Below the pieces are notes generated by a model that was not told the origin of the DNA, searched no databases, and saw only the letters and a program-made list of their open reading frames with translations. A stretch of 17,686 nt of DNA from Octopus sinensis (lineage: Eukaryota): the NCBI RefSeq assembly GCF_006345805.1, contig NW_021825487.1, positions 1 through 17,686 on the forward strand. The letters run 5' to 3'. Position 1 is the first letter of the stretch; each line of letters starts with the position of its first letter. A program made the translations under genes and the position numbers. Below are positions 8,751 through 17,686 of this stretch, piece after piece.

Positions 8751-9163
8751 TATATATATTATACATAGATCTATATTATATATCAGACAGACAGATAGAG
8801 ATTAGATTATAGATAGATAGATAGATAGATAGATTAGATAGATATAGATAGTTAGATATGTAGGTCGGTAGTGGGTAGGTGGGTTGGTATTATCGTTTTA
8901 ACGGATCTCACAACGATGTGCATACATATATATTCGTGCGCGTGTTTATGTGCGTATATACGTATGTATATACATATGCATGTGCGTATAGCATATGTAT
9001 GCATATACCTACTTATAAACCCAAACGCACTCACGCATACATGCACTCACACACACACACACACACAGACACACACACACACACACACACATGTGTGTAT
9101 TACCATAATGCAACCTTCACAACCGTCTGCATTTATTACCATTATACAAACCTCAAAGCTATC

Positions 9164-9205
<42 letters not shown>

Positions 9206-9394
9206 GTCATCAAAGACCTGGCCCTAACAACGGTTTCTCAACGTTTTCCATTTCCAGATGCCACCAGAAATCTGCGGAACGAACTCATGTCGGCCTGTTC
9301 TTTATACACACGGGGTATAGACAACAGTACAAGCCACCCGGAACTTTGGTAGACACCTCTTCTTCTATACTTCTACATACATCTATGTACATCC

Positions 9395-9425
<31 letters not shown>

Positions 9426-9480
9426 TATATATTATATAGATATATATATATATATATATATATACATACACACCTACACA
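8686..9480. repeat. Microsatellite field: (TA)n, (GATA)n, (CA)n 9047-9090, (TG)n 9166-9203, (TA)n ~9395-9465
   Basis: Direct reading; short unique spacers lie between the runs. Confidence 0.9.
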
Positions 9481-9494
9481 TAACACAACATACA

Positions 9495-9882
9495 TACAAG
9501 TTTGGTTTATACCTGTAATTATTGGGGCCTTGGGATATGTAACACACTGCCTAAATACCAATCTTGAGAAATTAGGCTTCTCAAAACCAGAAAGGAGAAA
9601 CTGATTCCAAGACTACAGATCCAATCCATCACTGGAACTGTAAAAATTTGTAAAACTTTCCAGAGTTTATCATTTAAATATATATGAGCATGTCTAGATA
9701 TGCACTATAAATGCTGGAATACATACATAAACTACAAATCTGTACATACATACATACATACATAACAGACTACATATAAAATCCCTTTGTTGATGTTGAA
9801 ATTCCAATGAAGGAGCCTTGGATCTAGGTTAGAAACCGGGTCTTTCTCTATTGGCAAGAAATCTTGAAATAAACTGAATAAT
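9495..9882 (+). mobile_element. 3' end of a restriction-like-endonuclease non-LTR retrotransposon (R4/Dong/Hero-like): frameshifted ORF end plus 3' UTR
   Basis: From 9506: FIPVIIGALGYVTHCLNTNLEKLGFSKPERR, a frameshift at ~9600, then LIPRLQIQSITGTVKICKTFQ. The PVIIGALG motif and terminal helix are characteristic of the REL domain C-terminus. The UTR ends in a stem-loop and AATAAA. Confidence 0.8.
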
Positions 9883-9897
9883 GACATACATGTAACA

Positions 9898-10130
9898 TCG
9901 TCCATTTTCTGTCCTTGTTTCGTACACATTCGATCCTTTTTCCGTGGAATCTTATGCTCTTAGCTTAGATTTCCATTGGGGCTGGCCAGATTGGAGCAAT
10001 CTCAAGATTAATCAGCTGAAATTGCGAGGATGATCCGGTTCTTGACTGAAGATTAAAGGCTTCAAATGACCCGTCCGTGTTTTTTGTATCGTCTATTTGG
10101 ATGTTTTGCGTTCTTGTCCCATTTTGTATT
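9898..10130. repeat. Unclassified interspersed repeat (resembles an abundant octopus repeat, possibly a Penelope-like terminus)
   Basis: Complex sequence bracketed by the LINE tail and a (TA/TACA)n run, with an imperfect hairpin at ~9942-9979. Classification is from recall only. Confidence 0.35.
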
Positions 10131-10640
10131 TTATATATATACATACATACATACATATATACATACGTATGTATACATTTATATATAGTCACATGTCTGT
10201 GCTTGTTTGATGTGCTAAACTTATACTGCTCAGATAAAATAAAACTTAATGCATTAAGTATGCGACCCCTGGGAAGGCAAATCACCATTCTTGTAAAGGA
10301 ACTAAAGTACTCCATCATATTAAAATTATTGGTACTGCCAAACTAGCTTATTACCAAAGAATCGAGGAAAATTGAGATTCAAGATATTGGGGTGGATCTA
10401 GGGGTGGGGAAACGGGTAGATAGGTGTTGTTAAACACAACTTGAGTAATTTAAAGAATGGTACCCAAAGATGGATCAACGTCATTCAGAGTAAAGACCTG
10501 CCGAGGGGAGGTGGGGGTGGAATCACGATTGGAACTATGATTTGGGAAAAATGTGTGTGTGTAATATATAATATAAAATGTGTGAGTGTGTGTGTACACG
10601 TATAAGGAGATATATGCTTAGGGAGAGGTCGGGTGGAAGA

Positions 10641-10739
10641 AGACAGACAGACAGATAGACAAACAGACAACTAGACAGACAGACTGACTAACTGACTGAC
10701 AGATAGACAGGCTGAATTACACACACACACACAAGATTG

Positions 10740-10783
<44 letters not shown>

Positions 10784-11112
10784 GAGGTAATGAGATAGAT
10801 AGATCGATAGATAGATCGATAGATAGATGATCAGATGATGATAGATAGATATAGATAGATAGATAGAAGAACATATAGATATAGATAGATAGATAGAACG
10901 AGAGAGAGAGCAGAGGAGAGAGATAGATTAGATAGATAGAGATAGACTCGATAGATAGATAGATAGATGAGATAGCGAGATAGAGAGAGAGAGAGAGAGG
11001 TAGAGAGAAGGTAGATAGATAATAGATAATAGATAGATAGATACGATAGATCGATAGATAGATAGATATAGATAGATAGCGAAAGAAGAGAGATAGAGAG
11101 AGAGGAGAGAGA
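10641..11112. repeat. Long compound (GACA)n/(GATA)n/(GA)n purine-rich microsatellite
   Basis: Direct reading. Confidence 0.95.
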
Positions 11113-11502
11113 TCACACCATGTAAAATTTATGCGTTGAGGATCACCCAGATCTTGTGTCTATCCGTGGACAGACACTCATTACGTCACTGGGTCATGTG
11201 ATACATTCTCTAAACATCAATCTTCAAATATTTAGATTTCCCGAAGATTTGGCGATATCAAATTGATTTATGCAGCTGAGACCGAACCCCTAATGTGGGC
11301 GATAAAAACCTTGCCGAACAATCCGTCAGAACTGAAAAGAGGAAGGGAAACACTTGCTGGGCATCCAAAACCCTGTGTTTATTTCTTGCTACATTAACGC
11401 TAGCTGGATAGGTAATTGAACTAATACCTAACACGATGTCCTACACTTTCAGGGTTCGGTTCCTGTCAGAGCCTATTACTCTTACCTTTCTCAATTTCGT
11501 GT

Positions 11503-11870
11503 TTAACTCTTGTAATATCAACCCGTCCGAGATCACCCCTGATTCTAGGATAACCCTAACCTCTTGCTTTAATCTATTCTAAATTAAAACCTCCCTTCAA
11601 AATTTCATGTTATGTTCTAAACACCAGCTTAATAATGACAGGAATATTTTCTAATTTCTATTAGTACCTTCGAAGTAAAAGCAGTGTATTTCGAATGGAA
11701 TGTCGTAAGAAAAGGGTTGAAGGGAGCGAAATTAAAATCGTCCATCAAAATTTCCTGCTAATTTATGTTCCAAACGCCAACTTAATAATTTCTATTAAAT
11801 TCCTCATTTAATTTAAAATAAACTGAAAAAGAGAGATAGAGTGTTTCGACATAAAAAGTGTAACAAGATG
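11503..11870. mobile_element. Decayed TTAA-type (piggyBac-like) MITE 11503-11720 plus an adjacent partial second copy ~11729-11870
   Basis: Ends TTAACTCTT...AAAGGGTTGA approximate TTAA-CCCTT/AAGGG-TTAA. The internal AAATTAAAA..TCC.TCAAAATTTC...TTATGTTC.AAAC.CCA.CTTAATAAT is present at both 11581 and 11729. Confidence 0.55.
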
Positions 11871-11887
11871 CCTGATATGGAATATTT

Positions 11888-12204
11888 GGTTTCAAAGTTT
11901 GGCACATGGCCAGGAATTTCGGGGGATAAATGAATTACGTAGACCCCCCCCCAGTGCTCAAACTGGTATTTATTTTATCGATCCCGATATGATGAAAGGC
12001 AAAGTCGATCTTGGTGGAATCTGAACTCAGAACATAAAGTCGGAAGAAATACCTATTTCTTTACTACCCACAAGTGGCTAAACACAGAAAGGACAAACAA
12101 ACGGATTAAGTCGATTATATCGACCCCAGTGCGTAAATGGTATTTAAGAAATACCACTAAGCATTTTTTCCAGCTCGGTAACGATTTTGCCAGCTCGCCG
12201 CCTT
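11888..12204 (-). mobile_element. Composite SINE family A: host SINE carrying a 92-bp 5'-truncated LINE-tailed SINE insert (12054-12145)
   Basis: The insert is flanked by the exact 10-bp duplication AAGAAATACC (12044-12053, 12146-12155), and removing it restores a normal head-body junction. Possible outer TSD ATATG(G/A)AATATT at 11875-11886 and 12209-12220. Confidence 0.88.
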
Positions 12205-13031
12205 CTTAATATGAAATATTAAAATCCCGAATATAAAATACTGTTAGTAATTGTTGTTCAGAGCAAATGATGATATCCAAGTTCAGAGATCACACGTTCG
12301 AATCGAATGCAGGTTATTTCTTTTTATAAACACCGGACTGTTTTCCTTCTGTACATCTCGCTGTGGAGTATGTCTGACACACGCAATTCTTCCCGAGACG
12401 TACAAGTGACAGTACGAGATGTTATCAAACAGCAGACTTATGTTTCATTCACTTAACACACCACAGATCTTCAAGATAAGCACAAATCTGACAGAGTTAC
12501 TGCTGTACAAGAGACGAAGTGGGATGTCTGTATGTTATCATTATCAGTTCAAAAAATATAGAAATAAAATCTATAAAATGATGTCAAGAAGAAAGACTAA
12601 CACAATCTGTGGAACATTATAAATTAGAAATTTAATAAAATATATCACGTAGAACTTATGAAGCCTATAAAGTTAACATTAAAGGATTGTCGAGACAAAC
12701 AAAAAGAAAAGCAGCTAGAATATGTAAATATGAAAATAACATGTGAAGATACGTATCTACGGCTACATCTCTAGTGTTATATCATCTTTCGTTGGTAGAC
12801 GAGCGCCATGTTCTTTTGAAGATGTCAGCGGGATGTGAACAAATGTTAGACATAATGTTTCTATTGCAAACACTCGTTGGACACATTGTTTTACCCTCCA
12901 GCTAAGATGTCTACCTCGCCATTCAACCATGTGGCCTCCCTCTTTTACAATACCCCTCTTTTTTCTTTTCTAACGACGTTCTGTCTTTTCTCTTTCTCCA
13001 CGTTTTCTAAAACTTTTATACACATTAATGG

Positions 13032-13062
<31 letters not shown>

Positions 13063-13750
13063 GTGTATTGTAAGCTGCAGATGATATAAACCTGACAGAA
13101 GGGAGGAAGAGAGATTGATAGAAAATGTTTCTACTCAAGAATGCCTGATGCCAGAGAAATAAAACGGAAGATATAACGAAGACAAAAAAAAAGGTTAAAA
13201 AATAAATAAAATGAGAGAAAGAAGGAAAGAGACAAAAGAACCATCCCTGCTGTTGATTATTCCTCCATTCTTCCTCCACACTCTGTCTTTCTCTTTGCTC
13301 TTTCATCTTGCGCCATGTCGGACCCGCTGCTTCAAATATGGTCGACAGCCGACACACCACGGCTGTTGGATTAAGCACAGGGAGGCCCGCCGTTTGTTTA
13401 TTTTTGCCACTTTTCACTTCAATGAGTAGCTAACTTTCAAAAACGAAACTCACAGGAAAAAAATGGGGGGGAAAAATTTTGATGGAGAGGTCTTCGTATT
13501 TTTTTAGTTTTAATGTCTTTTTCGTCATGAATCAATTGTACGTGTGTGTGTGTGTGTATGTGTGGATAAGTATGCCTGTACACTCAAACACATACACACA
13601 CGCACGCACACACACACATGCACTGATATAAATATATATACTTACACATATGAACATGTAGATGTATACTTACTTCTTCATGCAAGGGTATATGTGTGTG
13701 TGCGCGCCTATTGCGCCTATTTCGTGAATATCTACCTATCAATCTTATTT

Positions 13751-13976
13751 CTTTATTGCCCACAAGGGGCTAAACATAGAAGGAACAAACAAGGCAGGCA
13801 TAGGGATTAAGTCGATTATATCGACCCCAGTGCGTAACTGGTACTTAATTTATCGATCCCGAAAGGATGAAAGGTAAAGTCGACCTTGGCGGAATTTGAA
13901 CTCGGAACGTAACGATAGACGAAATATTGCAATGCATTTCGCCCGGCGCGCTAACGCTTCTGCCAGCTCGCCGCCT
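13751..13976 (-). mobile_element. Full-length SINE family A, LINE-tailed variant, with a perfect 22-bp TSD
   Basis: TATCTACCTATCAATCTTATTT at 13729-13750 and 13977-13998. Head AGGCGGCGAGCTGGCAGAAGCGTTAGC; tail GTTTAGCCCCTTGTGGGCAATAAAG. Confidence 0.95.
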
Positions 13977-14029
13977 TATCTACCTATCAATCTTATTTGC
14001 CTCTGTATATTTCTATTCATCTATCTTTC

Positions 14030-14177
14030 ACCCTATCTATCTATTTATCTATTTAGCTATCTATCTATCTATCCACACATCTAGCTACCTGACTGTCCAC
14101 CACCTTATGTTCTATCTATCTTTTTATCGATCTATCTATCCACCTGCTTGACTGTCAATCTATCCATCTCGCTATTT

Positions 14178-14254
<77 letters not shown>
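14030..14254. repeat. (TATC)n microsatellite, pure run ~14179-14254
   Basis: Direct reading. Confidence 0.95.
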
Positions 14255-14255
<1 letters not shown>

Positions 14256-14522
14256 CTTCTGTCTGTTAGAGTGAAACTGGCCGTGGGAAACTGTACTGAA
14301 GACCTGTAATTCAATAATCCATTCTTGTAACACATTCTAGCAAGCAGATTCTCATTAAAAAATACTCGATCACTTCAAACTCAATCTATCTATTTATCTA
14401 AATTCAATACTCAGCCACTTCAATTCAAGACAGAATTATGGAAGCGTAAACGCACACACACTGGTTTCCAAGCACACAATCGCGCATGCGTACATAGATC
14501 TATACATATATATTATTTTAGT

Positions 14523-14703
14523 CTTTCTTTTACTTGTTTCAGTCATTTGACTGCGGCCATGCTGGAGCACCGCATTTAGTCGAGCAAATCGATCCCAGGA
14601 CTTATTCTTTGTAAGCTAGTACTTATCTATCGATCTCTTTTGCCGAACAGCGAAGATACGGCTGTCAAGTGATGTTGGGAGACAAACACAGACATACAAA
14701 CAT

Positions 14704-14786
<83 letters not shown>

Positions 14787-14948
14787 CGACGGGCTTCTTT
14801 CAGTTTCCGTCTTCCAAATCCACTCACAAGCTTTGGTCTGCCTGAGGCTATAGCAGAAGAGACTTGCCCAAGGTACCACGCAGTGGGATTGAACCTGTAA
14901 CCATGTGGTTGGTAAGCAAGCTACTTACCACACAGCCATCCTGCGCCT
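14523..14948 (-). mobile_element. Near full-length SINE family B (OR1/CORE-like) with internal (TA)n/(TG)n expansion
   Basis: Minus strand: tRNA head AGGCGCAGGATGGCTGTGTGGTAAG (A box) ...GGTTCAATCCC (B box), CORE-like ACCTTGGGCAAGT, internal microsatellite ~14700-14785, tail GGTGCTCCAGCATGGCCGCAGTCAAATGACTGAAACAAGTAAAAG. Confidence 0.92.
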
Positions 14949-15108
14949 GTGTATATATATTATGCACACACATATATACATATATATGTGTGGGTATGTA
15001 TATACAGTATATATGCATGTATATATGTGTGTATGCATGTAAGGTTGATTTTTTGTATTCTGTGTGTACATTTGTGTTTAATTAAATTTTAGTCTATGTG
15101 CGCGAACT

Positions 15109-15110
<2 letters not shown>

Positions 15111-15148
<38 letters not shown>

Positions 15149-15186
15149 TATGTGTGTATGTGTGTGTGTGTGTATGTGTGTGTGTG

Positions 15187-15219
<33 letters not shown>

Positions 15220-15695
15220 AGAGAGAGATGTCGTGACATTTCCCAGTCCTTCCACAATAACAATGTACAGACCCAAAGATTTCTAAAAAAAAATCAAAGG
15301 CTCCCATCGCAAAGAAGGTTTCGCCAGATTTCTCACCTGTTTAAATACTACCGGTGGAGGCGGCGGCGGCGGTGGCACTGGTGGAGGCGGTGGTGGCGGT
15401 GGTGGTGGTGGTGGTGGTGGTGGTAGTAGTGGTGGTGGTGGTGGTGGTTGTGGTGGTGGTGGTGGTGGTAATGATATCTTCTGCTGCTTCTATCCTCACA
15501 CCACCACCATTACCACCGCTATAATCTCCATATTGGGTGTGTTGTATGTACGTGATTTACGTATATATGTGTGTATGTAGGTGTGTATTATATAGTATAT
15601 ATATATATATTATTATAGATAATATATATATAGTATATAATATAGATATATGTATGTTATGTATGTATGTTACGTAAGTATGGATTGTGTGTGTG
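15111..15695. repeat. Microsatellites (TG)n/(GA)n 15111-15228, (GGC/GGT)n ~15352-15470, (TA/TG)n ~15560-15695
   Basis: Direct reading. Confidence 0.92.
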
Positions 15696-15728
15696 GTGAG
15701 TTTGAATTATGTTCTTAATAGCCGCGAA

Positions 15729-15946
15729 AGGGCAGCGAGCTGGCAGAATCGTTAGCATGCCGGGGCGGAGCGTTTAGCGGTATGTCATCTGCTGTTACGT
15801 TCTGAGTTCAAATTCCACCGAGGTCGACTTTGCCGTTCATCCTTTCGGAGTCGATAAAATAAGGACCAGCTAAGCACTGGGCCCGATGTAATCGACTTAA
15901 CCCGTCCCCCGAATTTGCTAGCCTCATGTCCAAATTTGAAACCAAT
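15729..15946 (+). mobile_element. SINE family A, short-tail variant
   Basis: GGCAGCGAGCTGGCAGAATCGTTAGC...GAGTTCAAATTCC...GTCGACTTTGCCGTTCATCCTTTCGG...CCAAATTTGAAACCAAT. Confidence 0.9.
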
Positions 15947-16030
15947 TTTAGGGGAAAGCCGACCATTCTGCCTGTAACTTCGTCCCAACAAATATAGTCC
16001 CCTCCTCCCACAACAGCAACATAATAATAA

Positions 16031-16232
16031 TGATTTCAAATTTTGGCACAAGGCCAGCAATTTCAGGGGACTACATCGACCCCAGCACTCGACTGGTACT
16101 TATTTTACCGACCACGAAAAGATGAAAGGCAGATTGACTTTGGTGGAATTTGAACTGTGAACTCAAAGAACCGAAACAAATACCTCCAAGTATTTTGTCT
16201 GGCACACTTAACGATTCCGCTAGTTTGCCATC
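16031..16232 (-). mobile_element. SINE family A, short-tail variant, tail-to-tail with the previous copy
   Basis: TTTCAAATTTTGGCACAAGGCC...ATCGACCCCAG...GATGAAAGGCA...GGAATTTGAAC...TAACGATTCCGCTAG is the reverse complement of the family sequence. Confidence 0.85.
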
Positions 16233-16242
16233 GAAGAAATCG

Positions 16243-16424
16243 AGAAAAATTGAGGAATATCATGACCCAGAGTTGAAGAGATTCTGATAACAAAGGCAAC
16301 GATTATTCATGTGATAATTGGTGCCTTTGGCACAACAATGGCTAAAATGGTAACAAAGATACTGGAGCATTCCGGAATTGTGTCACTGTATTCTACAAGA
16401 ATCTTAAAAAAGATTCTTGAGACT
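16243..16424 (+). mobile_element. Second, heavily decayed REL-endonuclease LINE fragment (R4/Dong/Hero-like)
   Basis: RKIEEYHDPELKRF*, then after a frameshift TKATIIHVIIGAFGTT...SLYSTRILKKILET. This follows the REL pattern K..KY.DL..EL...W...V..IPV.IGALG....TA.ILRKVL. Confidence 0.65.
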
Positions 16425-16669
16425 AGAAAACAGTATCCCTACCAACTAAAGTACCGTGTAATAATTGAAATAAAAATGAAGGTGTCTTACAAAGACACAC
16501 AAAACCAGAGATTTTATAAAAAAAAAATGCAAACGATTGAGTGGACAGCTTTGCGTAACTTTCCTTTCTAAAACCTGGAAAGACGAATTTTGAATTTGAT
16601 AACAGCGAGAATTTGAACACCTATTAACAAATACCAAAAACTAAATTCTGTTTAATGTTTTCTTTGTGA

Positions 16670-17315
16670 CATGTTTGATGTAGCATAGCCAATACGTTTA
16701 TGATTGATGTGTGATGTTTGATATACCGTCTTCATGTTTGATGCAATATATCTTATGTGTTAAGGCGGTGAGCGGGCAGAAACGATTGCAGGTGAAATGC
16801 TTTACGTTCTGAGTTCAAATTCCCCCGAGGTCGACTTTACCTTTCATCCTTTCGGGGTCGATGAATTAAGTACCAGTTGAGTACTAGGGTCGATCTAATC
16901 GACTGGCCCCCTCACCAAAAATTTCGGGCCTTGTGCCTAGAGTAGAAAAGAATATATCTTATGTGTTAGGCCAATGTTTGGTGTGGGATATTTTCATGTC
17001 TGATTCTCACGAGCAACCAATCATGTTTGATGTGTGATGTTTGAAATATTGTCTTCATGTCTGATATTTCATGAATAATGCCTCATGTTTCATGGGTGAT
17101 GTTTAATACATTCATTACATGTCTGATTTAAAATGTCTGGTGTGTCATAACCAATATATTTATGCTTGATGTTGATGTTCGATACATCGTTTCCACGTCT
17201 ATTGTAGCATGTTTGATGTAACGCGACCAATACACCATGTTTGATGTGTGATGTTTGACACATCGTCTTCGTGTCTGATGCATCATGACAAATATCTCAA
17301 TGTTTGATGTAGAAT
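16670..17315. repeat. Degenerate minisatellite, ~62-bp unit built from TGT(T/C)TGATG sub-repeats, interrupted by a SINE
   Basis: Units start near 16670, 16995, 17055, 17118, 17208 and 17270, e.g. CATGTTTGATGTAGCATAGCCAATACGTTTATGATTGATGTGTGATGTTTGATATACCGTCTT vs CATGTTTGATGTAACGCGACCAATACACCATGTTTGATGTGTGATGTTTGACACATCGTCTT. Confidence 0.85.
16763..16950 (+). mobile_element. SINE family A, short-tail variant with an internal head deletion and a perfect 18-bp TSD
   Basis: AATATATCTTATGTGTTA at 16745-16762 and 16951-16968; canonical central domain. Confidence 0.95.
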
Positions 17316-17400
17316 GCTACGTTTGCTATATCAGGACTACTATCTCGTTTCGAAGTAGCATTTTCCAATGTGTCATGTAGAATATGCCGTATTTAAAATA

Positions 17401-17610
17401 CCAATCTTATGGGTGCTGTGACCTAATTAGCGACCCGGAAGTGATGTGACGTAATGGACGTGTGTCAAACAGATGTTCCACCAAAGATGTGATATATCGT
17501 ATTTATATACGACTTTTCGTTGTGTTTCCAACCCTGAATCTATGACGTAACAACGAAATTCGCTGGAGGGGGGACAAAAGGGGCTGATAAGACCCAAACA
17601 GGAGGAAGTA
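17401..17610. promoter_or_regulatory. Candidate promoter/enhancer motif cluster (CCAAT, ETS, ATF/CREB-like)
   Basis: CCAAT 17401-17405, CCGGAAGT 17435-17442, TGACGTAA 17447-17454 and 17543-17550, GGAAGT 17604-17609, in locally CpG-richer unique sequence. Motifs only; no transcript evidence. Confidence 0.3.
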
Positions 17611-17686
17611 AAGAAAACAACACGTTGAAAAATAAGTTCTTTAAAAACAACAGATTTCTGCATAATGTGAAATGCCCCTAGCAACT

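Noticed and set aside
9965-10346. Overlapping ORFs of 117 and 89 aa
   Set aside because: They run through a TA/TACA microsatellite and a repeat; no GIY-YIG, RT or other motif could be identified.
10389-10416. Four G-runs (possible G-quadruplex)
   Set aside because: A single motif with an 8-nt first loop, expected by chance in 17 kb, with no supporting context.
12350-12404. 11-bp inverted repeat TGTACATCTCG/CGAGACGTACA
   Set aside because: One mismatch, 33-nt loop and isolated; compatible with chance.
16670-17315. CRISPR-like or zinc-finger-coding interpretation of the ~62-bp repeats
   Set aside because: Whole units are degenerate copies with no unique spacers, the context is eukaryotic, the period is not 84 bp, and no C2H2 pattern or sustained ORF is present.

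Overview
AT-rich, microsatellite-dense eukaryotic non-coding DNA (intron or intergenic). The SINE families and the TA/CA/GATA/CAT repeat load suggest an octopus (coleoid cephalopod) genome; this is recognition from memory, not a database result. No intact protein-coding gene is supported, and most ORFs in the track are translated microsatellites or SINEs. The window holds about 14 copies or fragments of two tRNA-derived SINE families, several with perfect target-site duplications (TSDs). It also holds two decayed restriction-like-endonuclease (R4/Dong/Hero-type) LINE 3' ends, one probable L1/Tx1-type LINE 3' UTR, a decayed TTAA-type MITE, a ~62-bp minisatellite and a tRNA-like pseudogene. The most unusual items are: (i) a 1465-bp element (4704-6168) with 137-bp, 95%-identical terminal inverted repeats, enclosing interleaved inverted repeats A-B-A'-B' with signs of a precise cassette inversion; (ii) two separate cases of a LINE-tailed SINE variant sitting at the same GGTATTTC site of its sister SINE; (iii) a LINE 3' end in the same window that matches that SINE tail.
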